A DNA stretch of 48,957 bases from a virus (taxonomy: Duplodnaviria > Caudoviricetes), in the IMG/VR virus record IMGVR_UViG_3300043391_000466, positions 1 through 48,957 of that record; one strand, 5' to 3'. Position numbers and translations under genes: made by a program. The notes below the pieces were generated by a model that saw nothing but the letters and a program-made list of their open reading frames with translations, made no database searches and had not been told where the DNA came from. Below are positions 36,922 to 46,519 of this stretch, in pieces (the stretch's first letter is position 1; every line of letters begins with the position of its first letter).

Positions 36922-37605
36922 ATGTTTTTCTCACTTCTCCCAAACGTTGAGTTTTCTCAGCACAGAAATAAGTACAGATTTACTGATCAAGATTTTGTAG
37001 TCGCTAAAAATATCTTTCGTAATTTAGCATTTGACAACAGCATATATTCTACCGATCTATTTTCAGAATTTAATATAAAAGATGGTGCCAGACCAGATTA
37101 TATTGCAGAATTACTTTATAATGATCCAGGATATGACTGGGTACTTCTTCTGACAAACAGAATTACCAATCTTTATAATGATTGGCCATTATCCTCTGCA
37201 AGTTTTGAGAAGCATATTTTCCAGAAATATGAAAATCCTCTAGCAATCAAGCATTGGCAAACAATACAAGTTAAGAACTATAGAGGTGAAATTGTTCAAC
37301 CAGCAGGTATTATCGTTTATTATGATCCAGCAAATACTTCTTCTTATACCTTAAGGTACATTAGGACCAATACTGAAGAAATTGCTACTGGTAATCAGAT
37401 TTTAGAATCTGTGTCATATTACGAATATGAGCAAGAACTTAATACTAAGAAAGCAATCATTCAAGTTCTTAAACCGACGTATTTAAGCCAATTTGTCACA
37501 TTGTTCAAAATTGCAGTTGGTTATCTACCTAGTGAATTATTAGGAGATACCAATACTAAGAGAACCCTCAATAGTTCTAATATATTCAATAATATCACTT
37601 TATGA
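36922..37605 (+). CDS. gp53: baseplate wedge subunit gp53
   Basis: FFSLLP, KNIFR, DGARPDYIAELLY, WVLLLTN, WPLS, YEYE. Confidence 0.9.
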   Translation: MFFSLLPNVEFSQHRNKYRFTDQDFVVAKNIFRNLAFDNSIYSTDLFSEFNIKDGARPDYIAELLYNDPGYDWVLLLTNRITNLYNDWPLSSASFEKHIFQKYENPLAIKHWQTIQVKNYRGEIVQPAGIIVYYDPANTSSYTLRYIRTNTEEIATGNQILESVSYYEYEQELNTKKAIIQVLKPTYLSQFVTLFKIAVGYLPSELLGDTNTKRTLNSSNIFNNITL

Positions 37606-37644
37606 AAAAACCCCCCAGACCAAAATCTAGGGGGAATTTTTTTT
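37605..37644. terminator. bidirectional rho-independent terminator
   Basis: A-tract, CCCCC...GGGGG stem, T-tract between convergent gp53 and gp32. Confidence 0.7.
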
Positions 37645-37686
37645 GGACCTTTTTTTGAAACAAAAAGTGAATTTCCCCTCAGGAAA

Positions 37687-38616
37687 TCAATCCTCTTCTG
37701 CCAGACGAGCGAAGTAACTTAGGGTATCATCTTCATCAGCAGCAACCTTAGGTAGAGCAGGTTCACGGGTCACTGTGTTGGCAACAGAGTTGAACACGGG
37801 GCGACTAGAACTTTTTTGTGAGGGGATCTCAAAGTCATCCTCATCTTCAAGGGTCTCACGATCCACACGGGGTTTACCCTTGCCCAGAACAACATTCAAA
37901 CGTGATTGCAGTTCAGCATAGGACTTGAAGGTGGAAGGGTTAACAAACTCCTGAAGAGAATGCTCACTACGCCAGACCTTTTCTAGTTGACTGTCATCAA
38001 AGTCACCGAGCACAGAGATATCAGTGAACTCAGACTTATCATAGTTCCAATAACCAGCAACTTTAGTGATCTTCAGTTTGAAGTTAGCACCTTTCCAGAA
38101 GTCAAAGACATTGATAGGACTTTCATCTTCAAATTCAGGTTTCATTGCCGCCTGAACCTTATCAAAGATTTTCTTACCGTACTTATACAGGAAGACTTTA
38201 CCGTTGTTCTCTGGATTAGAAGGATCACTCACAACATAGATGTTTGAGTAGTAATTGAGTTTACGCTTCTGCTTGCGAGCAATTTCTTTATCACTCTCAA
38301 CACCAGAGTTCCAGAACCCACTATTAAGTTCACAAACAGGACACTTTTGACCTAACGTAGTGGGGCAGTTGTCAATCAACCAACCACCAGTACCTTGAAA
38401 CCCGTGATGCCAGACCTTCACCCAAGGAAGATCATCTCCATCGGCAGCGGGCAGAAAACGGAACACTGCATAACCGTTTCCAGATTTATCAACATTTGGT
38501 TTCCAGAGACGGTCATCATCTCCGTTACCATTGACAGGGTTTTGAAGTTTCTCGATCTCCTGAGAAAGTTTTTCAAAACCAAATTTAGATTGCTTCTTAA
38601 GATCAGCAAAAGACAT
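37687..38616 (-). CDS. gp32: single-stranded DNA-binding protein gp32
   Basis: MSFADLKK, DKSGNGYAVFRFLP, CPTT...CPVC, acidic tail LSYFARLAEED. Confidence 0.96.
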   Translation of the reverse strand: MSFADLKKQSKFGFEKLSQEIEKLQNPVNGNGDDDRLWKPNVDKSGNGYAVFRFLPAADGDDLPWVKVWHHGFQGTGGWLIDNCPTTLGQKCPVCELNSGFWNSGVESDKEIARKQKRKLNYYSNIYVVSDPSNPENNGKVFLYKYGKKIFDKVQAAMKPEFEDESPINVFDFWKGANFKLKITKVAGYWNYDKSEFTDISVLGDFDDSQLEKVWRSEHSLQEFVNPSTFKSYAELQSRLNVVLGKGKPRVDRETLEDEDDFEIPSQKSSSRPVFNSVANTVTREPALPKVAADEDDTLSYFARLAEED

Positions 38617-38672
38617 TCGTATTACCTCGTAGTGTGCGTTGGATTTGTTTTGTGCGATATTGGCACTCTGCT

Positions 38673-38701
38673 ATCATAGCATATTTAAATTGTGCCGTCA
38701 A
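38673..38701 (-). promoter_or_regulatory. sigma70-like promoter for gp32
   Basis: TTGACG-N17-TATGAT with extended TGn. Confidence 0.7.
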
Positions 38702-39026
38702 GGGTTTGCTGCCTCAGGTCGGCCATTGATTCAATATAATCATCGTAGATCTGATTCATATTAAGATGTTGAGCATTCATCCCAAGCAATATTGCTGCCT
38801 GTCTGAACTGGTCTTTAAGTTCTTGTGCATTTGGATCATCAGATAAACTCAGACGATTATAAAAGATCTTCTGACGTTCAATCAGATTAATCATCTTATC
38901 AAAGTATTGAATTCGTTCTTCACGAGGAAGAATTGCGATTCTAGGAATTATATTAATGATCTCCTGTTGGAGTTCACTAATTTCGTTTGCTTCATTCCTT
39001 ACAATTTCCGATTCGAAGAAAGACAT
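38685..39026 (-). CDS. conserved cyanophage protein (DUF1825-like)
   Basis: MSFFESEIV...QKIFYNRLSLSDDP. Confidence 0.8.
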   Translation of the reverse strand: MSFFESEIVRNEANEISELQQEIINIIPRIAILPREERIQYFDKMINLIERQKIFYNRLSLSDDPNAQELKDQFRQAAILLGMNAQHLNMNQIYDDYIESMADLRQQTLDGTI

Positions 39027-39619
39027 TGATGATCTACTACTTTTTCTTTAAGTGTATGTTTATATTTAACAATATCTGTATCAATGAATGGAGCATACTT
39101 TAGTACGGTTCTTTTCATATCTTTCCAGATTAATTGTTCGTTAATAATCTCATCAAATCGTGGAATGAAATCTAAAATTTGATTAATGATTACAAAAGTT
39201 TCCATTGAGATTTTCTTTCCCAATAGAAACTTAAATAGTGCTGGGTGAGTACCATTCAGTTTGAATAGTTGATCGAATTCATCAACCTCTGAGAGTAGAA
39301 AGTCAACATCTTCAGAGAAGTTATAATGTAGACTTTCAATTCTTTTTTTCCAGTCCTGATAGTGTTCTTCACCATCAGTTCTAATCATAGTCCCGATCCA
39401 ATTAGAAGAATCATTGACGAAATTAGCGACGAAATAAGGAAGAATCTCACTATCTTTGTGTTTACTGGTGAGTTTTTTAAAAAAATAGCGATCCTTCCGT
39501 TTCTGAAAATTCTCTTCTGTAATTTTTGTTTTGCCATTGAATTTAAAGTAATCATAATTGTCGGTGGTGAAGTGTAACTTCAGTGCGACGTACATTTTAT
39601 AGGATTCAAAAGCAGTCAT
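38999..39619 (-). CDS. gp59: helicase loader gp59-like
   Basis: YVALKLHFT..YDYFKFNGK...RKDRYFF; synteny between gp33 and gp32. Confidence 0.85.
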   Translation of the reverse strand: MTAFESYKMYVALKLHFTTDNYDYFKFNGKTKITEENFQKRKDRYFFKKLTSKHKDSEILPYFVANFVNDSSNWIGTMIRTDGEEHYQDWKKRIESLHYNFSEDVDFLLSEVDEFDQLFKLNGTHPALFKFLLGKKISMETFVIINQILDFIPRFDEIINEQLIWKDMKRTVLKYAPFIDTDIVKYKHTLKEKVVDHQCLSSNRKL

Positions 39620-39879
39620 AGAGTCAGTCGTGCTTTAGATGATTTCTTCATATAATTTAATCGTTGAGCATCATACTTCAACTTTTCTTTGAGAGGTTTG
39701 GATAGCAATTTAGATACAGTTTCAACCTCAATCTTATTCTCATTGCAATAATGAATAATACATTCGATGTAATTCATACTGCCGTCACTATCCTTCATAA
39801 GATTCTCAATTTCCAGAGAGAATTTTACAGCAGTCATAAACTTTTCTTCTATTGCCTCATTAAGCTTATCTTTTGGCAT
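39616..39879 (-). CDS. gp33: late promoter transcription coactivator gp33
   Basis: NYIECIIHYC..N.IEVETVSKLLSKPLKEKLK..A..LNY; start moved to MPKDK. Confidence 0.9.
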   Translation of the reverse strand: MPKDKLNEAIEEKFMTAVKFSLEIENLMKDSDGSMNYIECIIHYCNENKIEVETVSKLLSKPLKEKLKYDAQRLNYMKKSSKARLTL

Positions 39880-40564
39880 TATCAAATTTTTCTCCGTTGT
39901 GAAAGCTAACAAAGTCATGGACGTAATCCCTCAATAGTTGAATGTAATTCATTTTATCATACTTTTCGAAAATTTGCACCTCCCCATCGCCACAGGCTTG
40001 GATGATGACAATTTTATCCACTTCAAGACCAGTAAGTTCGTAGTACATATAAGCATATGCAATACACTGGACAAAATATCCTTCAATCCATTTCTCAGGT
40101 TTTTGTTTTGCCGATGTCTTAAAATCAATGATTGCGAGTTCATCATTATACTCTGCAATACAATCAACTCGTCCCGCAATGCCAAGATAGTCACTATACA
40201 GTGGTGCTTCCAGTGCGTGAATATTATTTATCTTATCGAGGTATGGTTTAGCAGATTCAAACATCTGCCAAGCCTCAGAAATACTTTCGTCAAGATGCCT
40301 TGAAGCTACCTGAAGGTTGTTTAGGTAGTCTTCAGCATACTTATGGAACTGTTCACCACGAGTTGTGCCAATCTTACAGATGCGATCTGCTTCAACATCA
40401 CCAACCTTCTTACGCCACGATGCAAAGTTTTCTTTGCTTCTATGAGTAGTGACTGATGTAATGGAGGGATACTTCTTCCCGTTAGGTACGGGATAGTATC
40501 GTACTCCATTTACATAAACAGGAGTAGAAAGTTCAACAAGCGAATTACCAATGTGTTCAAACAT
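39866..40564 (-). CDS. PD-(D/E)xK exonuclease
   Basis: YPSITSV, AGRVDCIA, IIDFKT, YFVQ..AY. Confidence 0.9.
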   Translation of the reverse strand: MFEHIGNSLVELSTPVYVNGVRYYPVPNGKKYPSITSVTTHRSKENFASWRKKVGDVEADRICKIGTTRGEQFHKYAEDYLNNLQVASRHLDESISEAWQMFESAKPYLDKINNIHALEAPLYSDYLGIAGRVDCIAEYNDELAIIDFKTSAKQKPEKWIEGYFVQCIAYAYMYYELTGLEVDKIVIIQACGDGEVQIFEKYDKMNYIQLLRDYVHDFVSFHNGEKFDNAKR

Positions 40565-40566
40565 AA

Positions 40567-41319
40567 TTAGAGACCAAGATTTAATTTACTTACAAGATAG
40601 GATTTGACTAGACCAGAACGTACAATATCATCAACACCAAACTCAACACAACTAAACTCTTTCATATCCTGAATGATGCGAAGAAAATTAACGATGCCAT
40701 TACGTTCATTTTCCTTAACCAAATCAGATTGAACAACATCACCACAGAATATAATTCTAGTATTCTCACCAACACGGGTGATGATTGAATCAAGTTCGTG
40801 GAAGTTGAGGTTTTGACATTCATCAATCAAGAGGATGGCATTATCAAATGTAGTGCCACGAATGAATGATGTGCTCCAGAAACTAATAGTTCCCTGATTT
40901 TTAAGATTGCCGTAGAGCATTTCAAATGAATTCTCATCAGGCATCTTGAACATATACTTTACCATATTCTTATAAGGAATTTGATAAAGGGAAGACTTGT
41001 CTTCATGATCTCCTGGAAGGAAACCAATCTCACGAGTTGCTACCAATGAACGAACGATATAGATCTTTTCATATGGAGTTCTCTCATTGAGAACATCTTT
41101 AAGTGCAAGATAAAGTGCAACAAATGTTTTACCCGTACCAGCAGCACCATATGCAAATAGATTTTGATCAAGATTATAACTATTAAACATTTTTTCTTGA
41201 TTTTCTGTAAGAGGTTCAATCTCATTCAAATAATCTAAATTGATTGGTTTCTTACGCTGCATTTGTTTGTTGCCTATTCCAAAAGGAACTGGATTAGCAT
41301 TTTTTCTTGCTCTTGGCAT
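40567..41319 (-). CDS. phoH: PhoH-like ATPase
   Basis: GAAGTGKT, IGFLPG, FIRGTT, IDECQN, VRSGLV. Confidence 0.95.
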   Translation of the reverse strand: MPRARKNANPVPFGIGNKQMQRKKPINLDYLNEIEPLTENQEKMFNSYNLDQNLFAYGAAGTGKTFVALYLALKDVLNERTPYEKIYIVRSLVATREIGFLPGDHEDKSSLYQIPYKNMVKYMFKMPDENSFEMLYGNLKNQGTISFWSTSFIRGTTFDNAILLIDECQNLNFHELDSIITRVGENTRIIFCGDVVQSDLVKENERNGIVNFLRIIQDMKEFSCVEFGVDDIVRSGLVKSYLVSKLNLGL

Positions 41320-41320
41320 A

Positions 41321-41554
41321 TTAGGTATACTGGGAAATGTTTACTGCGTTAGGGTGTGCAGCTTTTACTTTCTGCATCACTTCTTTGAACCCATCCGATT
41401 GTTTGGGCTCTCCATATATAGTTCCCCCAACACCTGCCATCCAATCCTTATCCCAATCAGGATTATCTTGCTTCCATTGCTCATACTCCTTCATTGAAAT
41501 GTACATTTCTTTTTTCTCACCAGTACTGGTGTTAATAACGTTATAAGTAGGCAT
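41321..41554 (-). CDS. conserved cyanophage hypothetical protein
   Basis: MPTY....TGE...WK..NPDW; lies between thyX and phoH. Confidence 0.85.
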   Translation of the reverse strand: MPTYNVINTSTGEKKEMYISMKEYEQWKQDNPDWDKDWMAGVGGTIYGEPKQSDGFKEVMQKVKAAHPNAVNISQYT

Positions 41555-41558
41555 AATT

Positions 41559-42275
41559 TTACTCCAAAGTAATATTAGATTGGTATAAAGATTCTGGGCA
41601 ATCTTTACGTTCCCATTCTAGTGCCTTAGCAATATCAGGGAACTGGGAAATGAAAACGCAACGTGCTGCTTCTGCAATGTCTCTGTGCTCCTTCTGTGTG
41701 CCATTAGAAGACCTCAGATTAATATAATGTATCCAAGACCTCACAGAACCTTTCATATAGATCCTAGTGGGCGTAGAGAGGGGTAGGATAAACCTTGCAC
41801 ATTCCTTTGCCACACCTGCCTCTAGAAGGCGCTTGTAAAGATCGTTGGCGGCGATAAAGTGCTCTTCAATTTGAGATTGTAGGTAGATTTGTGTAATAGG
41901 ATCAAGGTCATCAGTAGAGTTCTGACGATTCTTTAAATCTTGTCTACGAAGTTCTGGGATGGGAATGTCTGCTGCCAAAAGATTAGCATCAGCATACCGT
42001 TGAGAAAATTCCTGAAATGTAAAACTCCTGTGTCTAAGAACTTGAGCAGCAATTCCTCTGGTCGTATTAATTTCCAGAGTCATATCTGCTTGCTCAAAGA
42101 TTGACCAGTGCTGGTGCTTGATACAATACTTCAGTAGACCAGCAGCAGTTTCGAACTGAAGTTGGTTACTGGGATTACTTACACGGGCATTATAAGTAAT
42201 CACTTCTTGTGCTGATTTGCCTGCAAGTTCCCCAGCACCCTGAGTAACGGCAATCAATTTAACAATAGGATTCAT
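41559..42275 (-). CDS. thyX: flavin-dependent thymidylate synthase
   Basis: ARVS, HWSIFE, RHRSFTFQEFSQRY, KECAR, TQKEH. Confidence 0.97.
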   Translation of the reverse strand: MNPIVKLIAVTQGAGELAGKSAQEVITYNARVSNPSNQLQFETAAGLLKYCIKHQHWSIFEQADMTLEINTTRGIAAQVLRHRSFTFQEFSQRYADANLLAADIPIPELRRQDLKNRQNSTDDLDPITQIYLQSQIEEHFIAANDLYKRLLEAGVAKECARFILPLSTPTRIYMKGSVRSWIHYINLRSSNGTQKEHRDIAEAARCVFISQFPDIAKALEWERKDCPESLYQSNITLE

Positions 42276-42298
42276 TTATTTTAAACTGGTACAGAGTT

Positions 42299-42333
42299 AT
42301 TCTAGCAATAAAAAAGAGGGGTGTCAACCCCCC
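42299..42333 (-). promoter_or_regulatory. sigma70-like promoter overlapping a terminator hairpin
   Basis: TTGACA-N17-TAGAAT; the -35 lies in the loop of a GGGG/CCCC stem followed by T-tract. Confidence 0.7.
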
Positions 42334-42336
42334 AGA

Positions 42337-42612
42337 TTACTTTTTCTTTTTTTCTGGGTTTGGTTCTGCTCCATAGAGTCTAGGATTAGCTCTACCTTCA
42401 GTTTGTTTTAACGATATAAATGCTTCACGATACTTATCCCAATAGTGATCAAAAATATCAACTTTTTTCCCAGCAATTACAATATCATATTGTAGTTTAT
42501 CATCCACTTTATAAGTGACAATGTATGCTGTGTAAGGCAGTTTCCTGTTTTGTGCTAATTGTAAATCGCAATTTTCATGAATGAATTTCAGAGTCAAGAG
42601 CGTCCCCCCCAA
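42337..42612 (-). CDS. conserved cyanophage hypothetical protein
   Basis: LPYTAY...YDIV...VDIFDHYWDKY...GRANP; start uncertain. Confidence 0.8.
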   Translation of the reverse strand: MGGTLLTLKFIHENCDLQLAQNRKLPYTAYIVTYKVDDKLQYDIVIAGKKVDIFDHYWDKYREAFISLKQTEGRANPRLYGAEPNPEKKKK

Positions 42613-43040
42613 ACAATTTGGGGAAATGCTTCAGCAACAACGTTCTTAGTAATCTTATAACGTTTACCAAGTTGTTTATCCTTTGCCATACAAAGTACTT
42701 GTGCGTCATCTTTATGAAGACCCTCAAGAAGTTGAATGAACATTTGTTCTCTACGAACTTGATTCAACGTATCATTACCACCCTTAATAAAATGATGGAA
42801 CAAACGAGATTCATGTTCAAGATTTGTGTGTTCAGTTCCTGCTGGTGCTTCATTTGGTCTATAAGGAACTTCGCCATCTGGAACTAATGTCACGACACTC
42901 TCATCAAAATTCCAGATAAGAATTGAGCGTAAAGTATCTGTATTATATTGATGTAGAAGTTCAATTTTTTCTACTTTAGTTTTAGCGTTACTAACTTTTT
43001 GTAGTACTTCAGAGATTAACAATTTCATTTTTTTATCCAA
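42594..43040 (-). CDS. conserved T4-like phage hypothetical protein
   Basis: LLISEVLQKVSNAKTK, WNFD, PDGEVPY, RREQMFIQLLEGLH. Confidence 0.85.
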   Translation of the reverse strand: MDKKMKLLISEVLQKVSNAKTKVEKIELLHQYNTDTLRSILIWNFDESVVTLVPDGEVPYRPNEAPAGTEHTNLEHESRLFHHFIKGGNDTLNQVRREQMFIQLLEGLHKDDAQVLCMAKDKQLGKRYKITKNVVAEAFPQIVWGGRS

Positions 43041-43909
43041 GGTAAATTACTATTTGTGAAACAAAATTCTGCCATCAGGTCATTCAGTTGATGTTTACGA
43101 AAGTACTCAAGTGGCACAGATTTTCTGACTTTATTTAGGCTCTCATAATAACTGATGATATTAGTTTGAATATATTCTGGGATGTAATCAAAATCAATTA
43201 GAGTTTTATTCCTATTATAATTTTTAAGTTCCTGATCATTACAAATATTTGCTGGATCATTAGCAATAAACAATTCAATAGTTTTTTTACTCAAAGAACG
43301 CTGGCGTTTACCTGTTACAAAGGTATCATCAGGGGAAAGATAATTAGGAATGCCATCAGAACGATCACCTTTAATAACGTGTTCGTTGATAAATTCCTTA
43401 ACTTCTGTACGACTGAATTTAATAGACTTTTTTAATACTGGATTGTACTGATCAACAAAAGGATACTTTTGAAGTTGTATAAAATCTTTATCACCAGAAA
43501 GAATTAAAACTGAAGAAGTGTTTCCACTTTGATGATGGAATTTACACATCACAGAGATTACATCATCTGCTTCAGCACCTTCCACTTCAACAACTTTATA
43601 AGGAAATAGTTCTTTGATCTCATCACGAATAGCGTTGAGACATTCGAAAATTTTATTCCAATCCAGACCAGATTTTTCACGATCTTTCTTACGATTCTGT
43701 TTGTAGTAAGGGAATATTTCCCTACGCCAATACTTACGAGAATCATAACAAAGAACCAATTCACCATATTTTAATGAAAACTTTTTTTCATAACTACGGA
43801 TACTACTAAGTACCATATGTCTCATAAAGTTTTCGTTCAACTCACCTGATGACTTAATTTGTGCCATCAGATTTGAAATCATAATTTGGTTCATATCAAC
43901 AAGAATCAT
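43025..43909 (-). CDS. rnh: RNase H / 5'-3' exonuclease
   Basis: MILVDMNQ, YWRR..FPYYK..R, EADD, SGDKDF.QL, GDRSDGIPN. Confidence 0.95.
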   Translation of the reverse strand: MILVDMNQIMISNLMAQIKSSGELNENFMRHMVLSSIRSYEKKFSLKYGELVLCYDSRKYWRREIFPYYKQNRKKDREKSGLDWNKIFECLNAIRDEIKELFPYKVVEVEGAEADDVISVMCKFHHQSGNTSSVLILSGDKDFIQLQKYPFVDQYNPVLKKSIKFSRTEVKEFINEHVIKGDRSDGIPNYLSPDDTFVTGKRQRSLSKKTIELFIANDPANICNDQELKNYNRNKTLIDFDYIPEYIQTNIISYYESLNKVRKSVPLEYFRKHQLNDLMAEFCFTNSNLPWIKK

Positions 43910-44131
43910 TCAAGCCTCCTCCCCTTCGTCTTCATCAAGCATAAATCTCACTGAATATAATTCAGAATTAATTGGATTTCCATTGTCATCAAACATTTCT
44001 GGATGATCAGAAAGTCTATTTTTAGTAGTAGAAGTTTCGAAATATTCTCTACCAAACCAACCAAATATAAATCCCAAAATTCCAAACATTACTATTAGAA
44101 ATGCCGAGAAAAAGAGCGTTAAAGAAATCAT
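43910..44131 (-). CDS. conserved small membrane protein
   Basis: TM helix followed by HPEMFDDNG; start MISLTL with AGGAG SD. Confidence 0.8.
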   Translation of the reverse strand: MISLTLFFSAFLIVMFGILGFIFGWFGREYFETSTTKNRLSDHPEMFDDNGNPINSELYSVRFMLDEDEGEEA

Positions 44132-44292
44132 TTTGTTTCTCCTGGTGGGTTTGTTATCCTGAACCAAAAACTGAAGTGATAACGGATTTCTTTTTGACCT
44201 AACTTTAAAACTCTTTCGGAGGAAATTTTAAAATCGGGATCATAAGATTTCCTTCCTCGTGTCATTGCTTGTACACCTTTATTTATTTGCAT
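44128..44292 (-). CDS. hypothetical protein (54 aa)
   Basis: Manual translation MQINKGVQAMTRGRKSYDPDFKISS...; ATGA-coupled. Confidence 0.6.
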   Translation of the reverse strand: MQINKGVQAMTRGRKSYDPDFKISSERVLKLGQKEIRYHFSFWFRITNPPGETK

Positions 44293-44545
44293 CCTGTATG
44301 TACTTCAATGTGGATTTGATATCTCCAGTATACTCCCCATCAATATAAACTTGAGGGAAAGTACACCGTTGAATTAATGGAATGTCTGGTTCCAATTCAA
44401 GGTACTTACTAAAAGCAATTCCTTCACCTTCTTCGCCCATACGAATAACTTTAACTTCTTCATAAGGAATTAAAGATGCAGTTAAGATTTGTTTAAGAGT
44501 ATCACAATACTGACAATTATTGATACTGTAAATTTTTACTGACAT
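44279..44545 (-). CDS. glutaredoxin
   Basis: CQYC redox motif and TFPQVYIDG. Confidence 0.9.
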   Translation of the reverse strand: MSVKIYSINNCQYCDTLKQILTASLIPYEEVKVIRMGEEGEGIAFSKYLELEPDIPLIQRCTFPQVYIDGEYTGDIKSTLKYIQDANK

Positions 44546-44696
44546 TCTTTAACTCATTATAATAATTTAGAAGTTCTGTATCTGGCATTTGGTTATAATA
44601 ACCACTATAGTATCTTGCATTCAACGTTGCAGGATTTTCATCATACTCATCAAATAAAATGAATTGAATTTGTTTGATCAAAAAAGTCCGATCCAT
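44517..44696 (-). CDS. hypothetical protein (59 aa)
   Basis: Manual translation MDRTFLIKQIQFILFDEYDENP...; GAGG SD upstream. Confidence 0.55.
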   Translation of the reverse strand: MDRTFLIKQIQFILFDEYDENPATLNARYYSGYYNQMPDTELLNYYNELKNVSKNLQYQ

Positions 44697-44725
44697 AGTG
44701 GCGTACCTCTGTGTTGGTTTCCTAT

Positions 44726-44908
44726 TTATCCTACAACATCAACGTCACTGGTGTCAAGCTCTAAAGTTGCGGAACGATCCAACTGTGCTGCTACTACCAA
44801 AGGATGCTTCATAATTCTTTTGAGTTCTCTGGTCTTCCTCTGAAGTACCATAGCAACATTTTTGATAGAGGGAGTTTTCTTTGGGCTTGGATTAAAACCT
44901 TTGTTCAT
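44726..44908 (-). CDS. hypothetical protein
   Basis: Start MNKGFNP downstream of a promoter. Confidence 0.6.
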   Translation of the reverse strand: MNKGFNPSPKKTPSIKNVAMVLQRKTRELKRIMKHPLVVAAQLDRSATLELDTSDVDVVG

Positions 44909-44935
44909 ATAAAAATACGAGTTTACGACTTCTTT

Positions 44936-44964
44936 ACTATACCAGTTTTTACTAGTGGTGTCAA
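44936..44964 (-). promoter_or_regulatory. sigma70-like promoter
   Basis: TTGACA-N17-TATAGT. Confidence 0.7.
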
Positions 44965-44969
44965 CACCC

Positions 44970-45341
44970 CTATGAAGCATTATTTCTTCGTGAGCCGTAG
45001 GTGTGTAGGTCTGAATTAATTTTAGGTGCCATCCAGTTCAATATAGCATCATATCTTTCTTCTGTAAAAAAATCTTGATTGCGATACCAATTTTCCCAAT
45101 CGGTATGTGACTTTGAATTATTACAAGATCTGCAACAACAAAGTACATTTTTAGTATTGTCTGCACCACCCTTTGATTGGGGAATGATGTGGTCTAATGT
45201 TATGTTTTTATCTGACCCACAGTAAGCACATTCATTGTCCCAAGCATCTTTTATATTTTGCCTCCACATTCTCTTTGCATCTGCTGAACTTGTTGCTTGT
45301 AGATTAAACAAGTAGTCCGAAGAAGAATTATAGAGATCCAT
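44970..45341 (-). CDS. HNH endonuclease
   Basis: CAYC...TLDHIIPQSKGG...N...CCRSCNNSK; late-like GATAAATA at 45361-45368. Confidence 0.92.
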   Translation of the reverse strand: MDLYNSSSDYLFNLQATSSADAKRMWRQNIKDAWDNECAYCGSDKNITLDHIIPQSKGGADNTKNVLCCCRSCNNSKSHTDWENWYRNQDFFTEERYDAILNWMAPKINSDLHTYGSRRNNAS

Positions 45342-45373
45342 TTAGGAAAGCATCTATGAATATTTATCTGCAT

Positions 45374-45400
45374 AAAAAAACTACCCCGAATAGGGGTAGT
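45374..45400 (-). terminator. psbA terminator
   Basis: ACTACCCC/GGGGTAGT stem followed by T-tract on minus strand. Confidence 0.85.
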
Positions 45401-45423
45401 ATGACTCATGTTATGAGTAATGA

Positions 45424-46503
45424 TTAACCGATTGAAGGTGCAGTAAGAGCAACGGGAGTTAACTCTGCAGCAGCAAGATCCAAAGGAAAATTATGTGCAT
45501 TTCTTTCGTGCATTACTTCAAGGCCGAGACCAGCACGATTTAAAATGTCCGCCCAAGTAGGAATTACTCGGTTCTGACTATCAACAATGGACTGGTTGAA
45601 ATTAAATCCATTGAGGTTGAATGCCATCGTGGATACACCAAGAGCAGTGAACCAAATCCCTACAACAGGCCAGGCAGCAAGGAAGAAGTGAAGTGAACGT
45701 GAGTTGTTGAACGAAGCATATTGGAAAATAAGTCTTCCAAAGTATCCGTGTGCAGCAACAATATTATAAGTCTCTTCTTCTTGACCAAACTTATATCCGT
45801 AGTTTTGACTTTCGGTTTCTGTGGTTTCACGAACCAATGATGAGGTTACCAAAGAACCATGCATCGCAGAGAACAATGAACCACCGAATACACCAGCAAC
45901 TCCAAGCATATGGAAGGGGTGCATTAAGATGTTATGTTCTGCCTGGAATACAAGCATATAGTTAAATGTGCCTGAGATACCCAAAGGCATCGCATCAGAG
46001 AAAGAACCTTGACCGAAAGGATATACCAAGAATACTGCTGATGCAGCTGCAACTGGTGCGCTGTAAGCAATACAGATCCAAGGGCGCATACCTAGTCTAT
46101 AGCTAAGTTCCCATTCTCGTCCCATGTAAGCATAGATGCCAATGAGGAAGTGGAACACGACGAGTTGGAACGGCCCGCCATTGTAGAGCCATTCATCAAG
46201 GGAAGCAGCTTCCCAAATTGGATAGAAATGTAGTCCGATTGCGTTTGAGGAGGGGACAACTGCTCCTGAGATGATGTTGTTTCCATAGAGTAAAGATCCA
46301 GCGACAGGTTCACGAATACCATCAATGTCCACAGGAGGAGCACCGATGAAGGCAACAATGAAACATACAGTAGCAGCAAGCAGTGTAGGAATCATTAATA
46401 CACCAAACCAACCAACATATAAACGGTTGTCAGTTGAGGTTACCCATTCACAGAATTGTGACCAGGGATTTGTTTGTCTTTGTAAGGCAATTGTAGCAGT
46501 CAT
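45424..46503 (-). CDS. psbA: photosystem II reaction centre D1 protein (359 aa, intronless)
   Basis: [34 protein letters not shown]; start MTATIAL at 46503. Confidence 0.99.
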   Translation of the reverse strand: MTATIALQRQTNPWSQFCEWVTSTDNRLYVGWFGVLMIPTLLAATVCFIVAFIGAPPVDIDGIREPVAGSLLYGNNIISGAVVPSSNAIGLHFYPIWEAASLDEWLYNGGPFQLVVFHFLIGIYAYMGREWELSYRLGMRPWICIAYSAPVAAASAVFLVYPFGQGSFSDAMPLGISGTFNYMLVFQAEHNILMHPFHMLGVAGVFGGSLFSAMHGSLVTSSLVRETTETESQNYGYKFGQEEETYNIVAAHGYFGRLIFQYASFNNSRSLHFFLAAWPVVGIWFTALGVSTMAFNLNGFNFNQSIVDSQNRVIPTWADILNRAGLGLEVMHERNAHNFPLDLAAAELTPVALTAPSIG

Positions 46504-46519
46504 TTGAATTAAAAGGGTA

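Noticed and set aside
39866-40564. Exonuclease as Cas4 / CRISPR component
   Set aside because: No four-Cys Fe-S pattern and no array; it sits in the usual position between phoH and gp33.
486-46507. Numerous antisense or alternate-frame ORFs in the track (e.g. 4191-4583+, 10883-11431+, 12006-12422+, 25057-25557+, 46092-46379-)
   Set aside because: They lie within or opposite well-supported genes, mostly start at TTG/GTG without SD and show no motifs; shadow ORFs.
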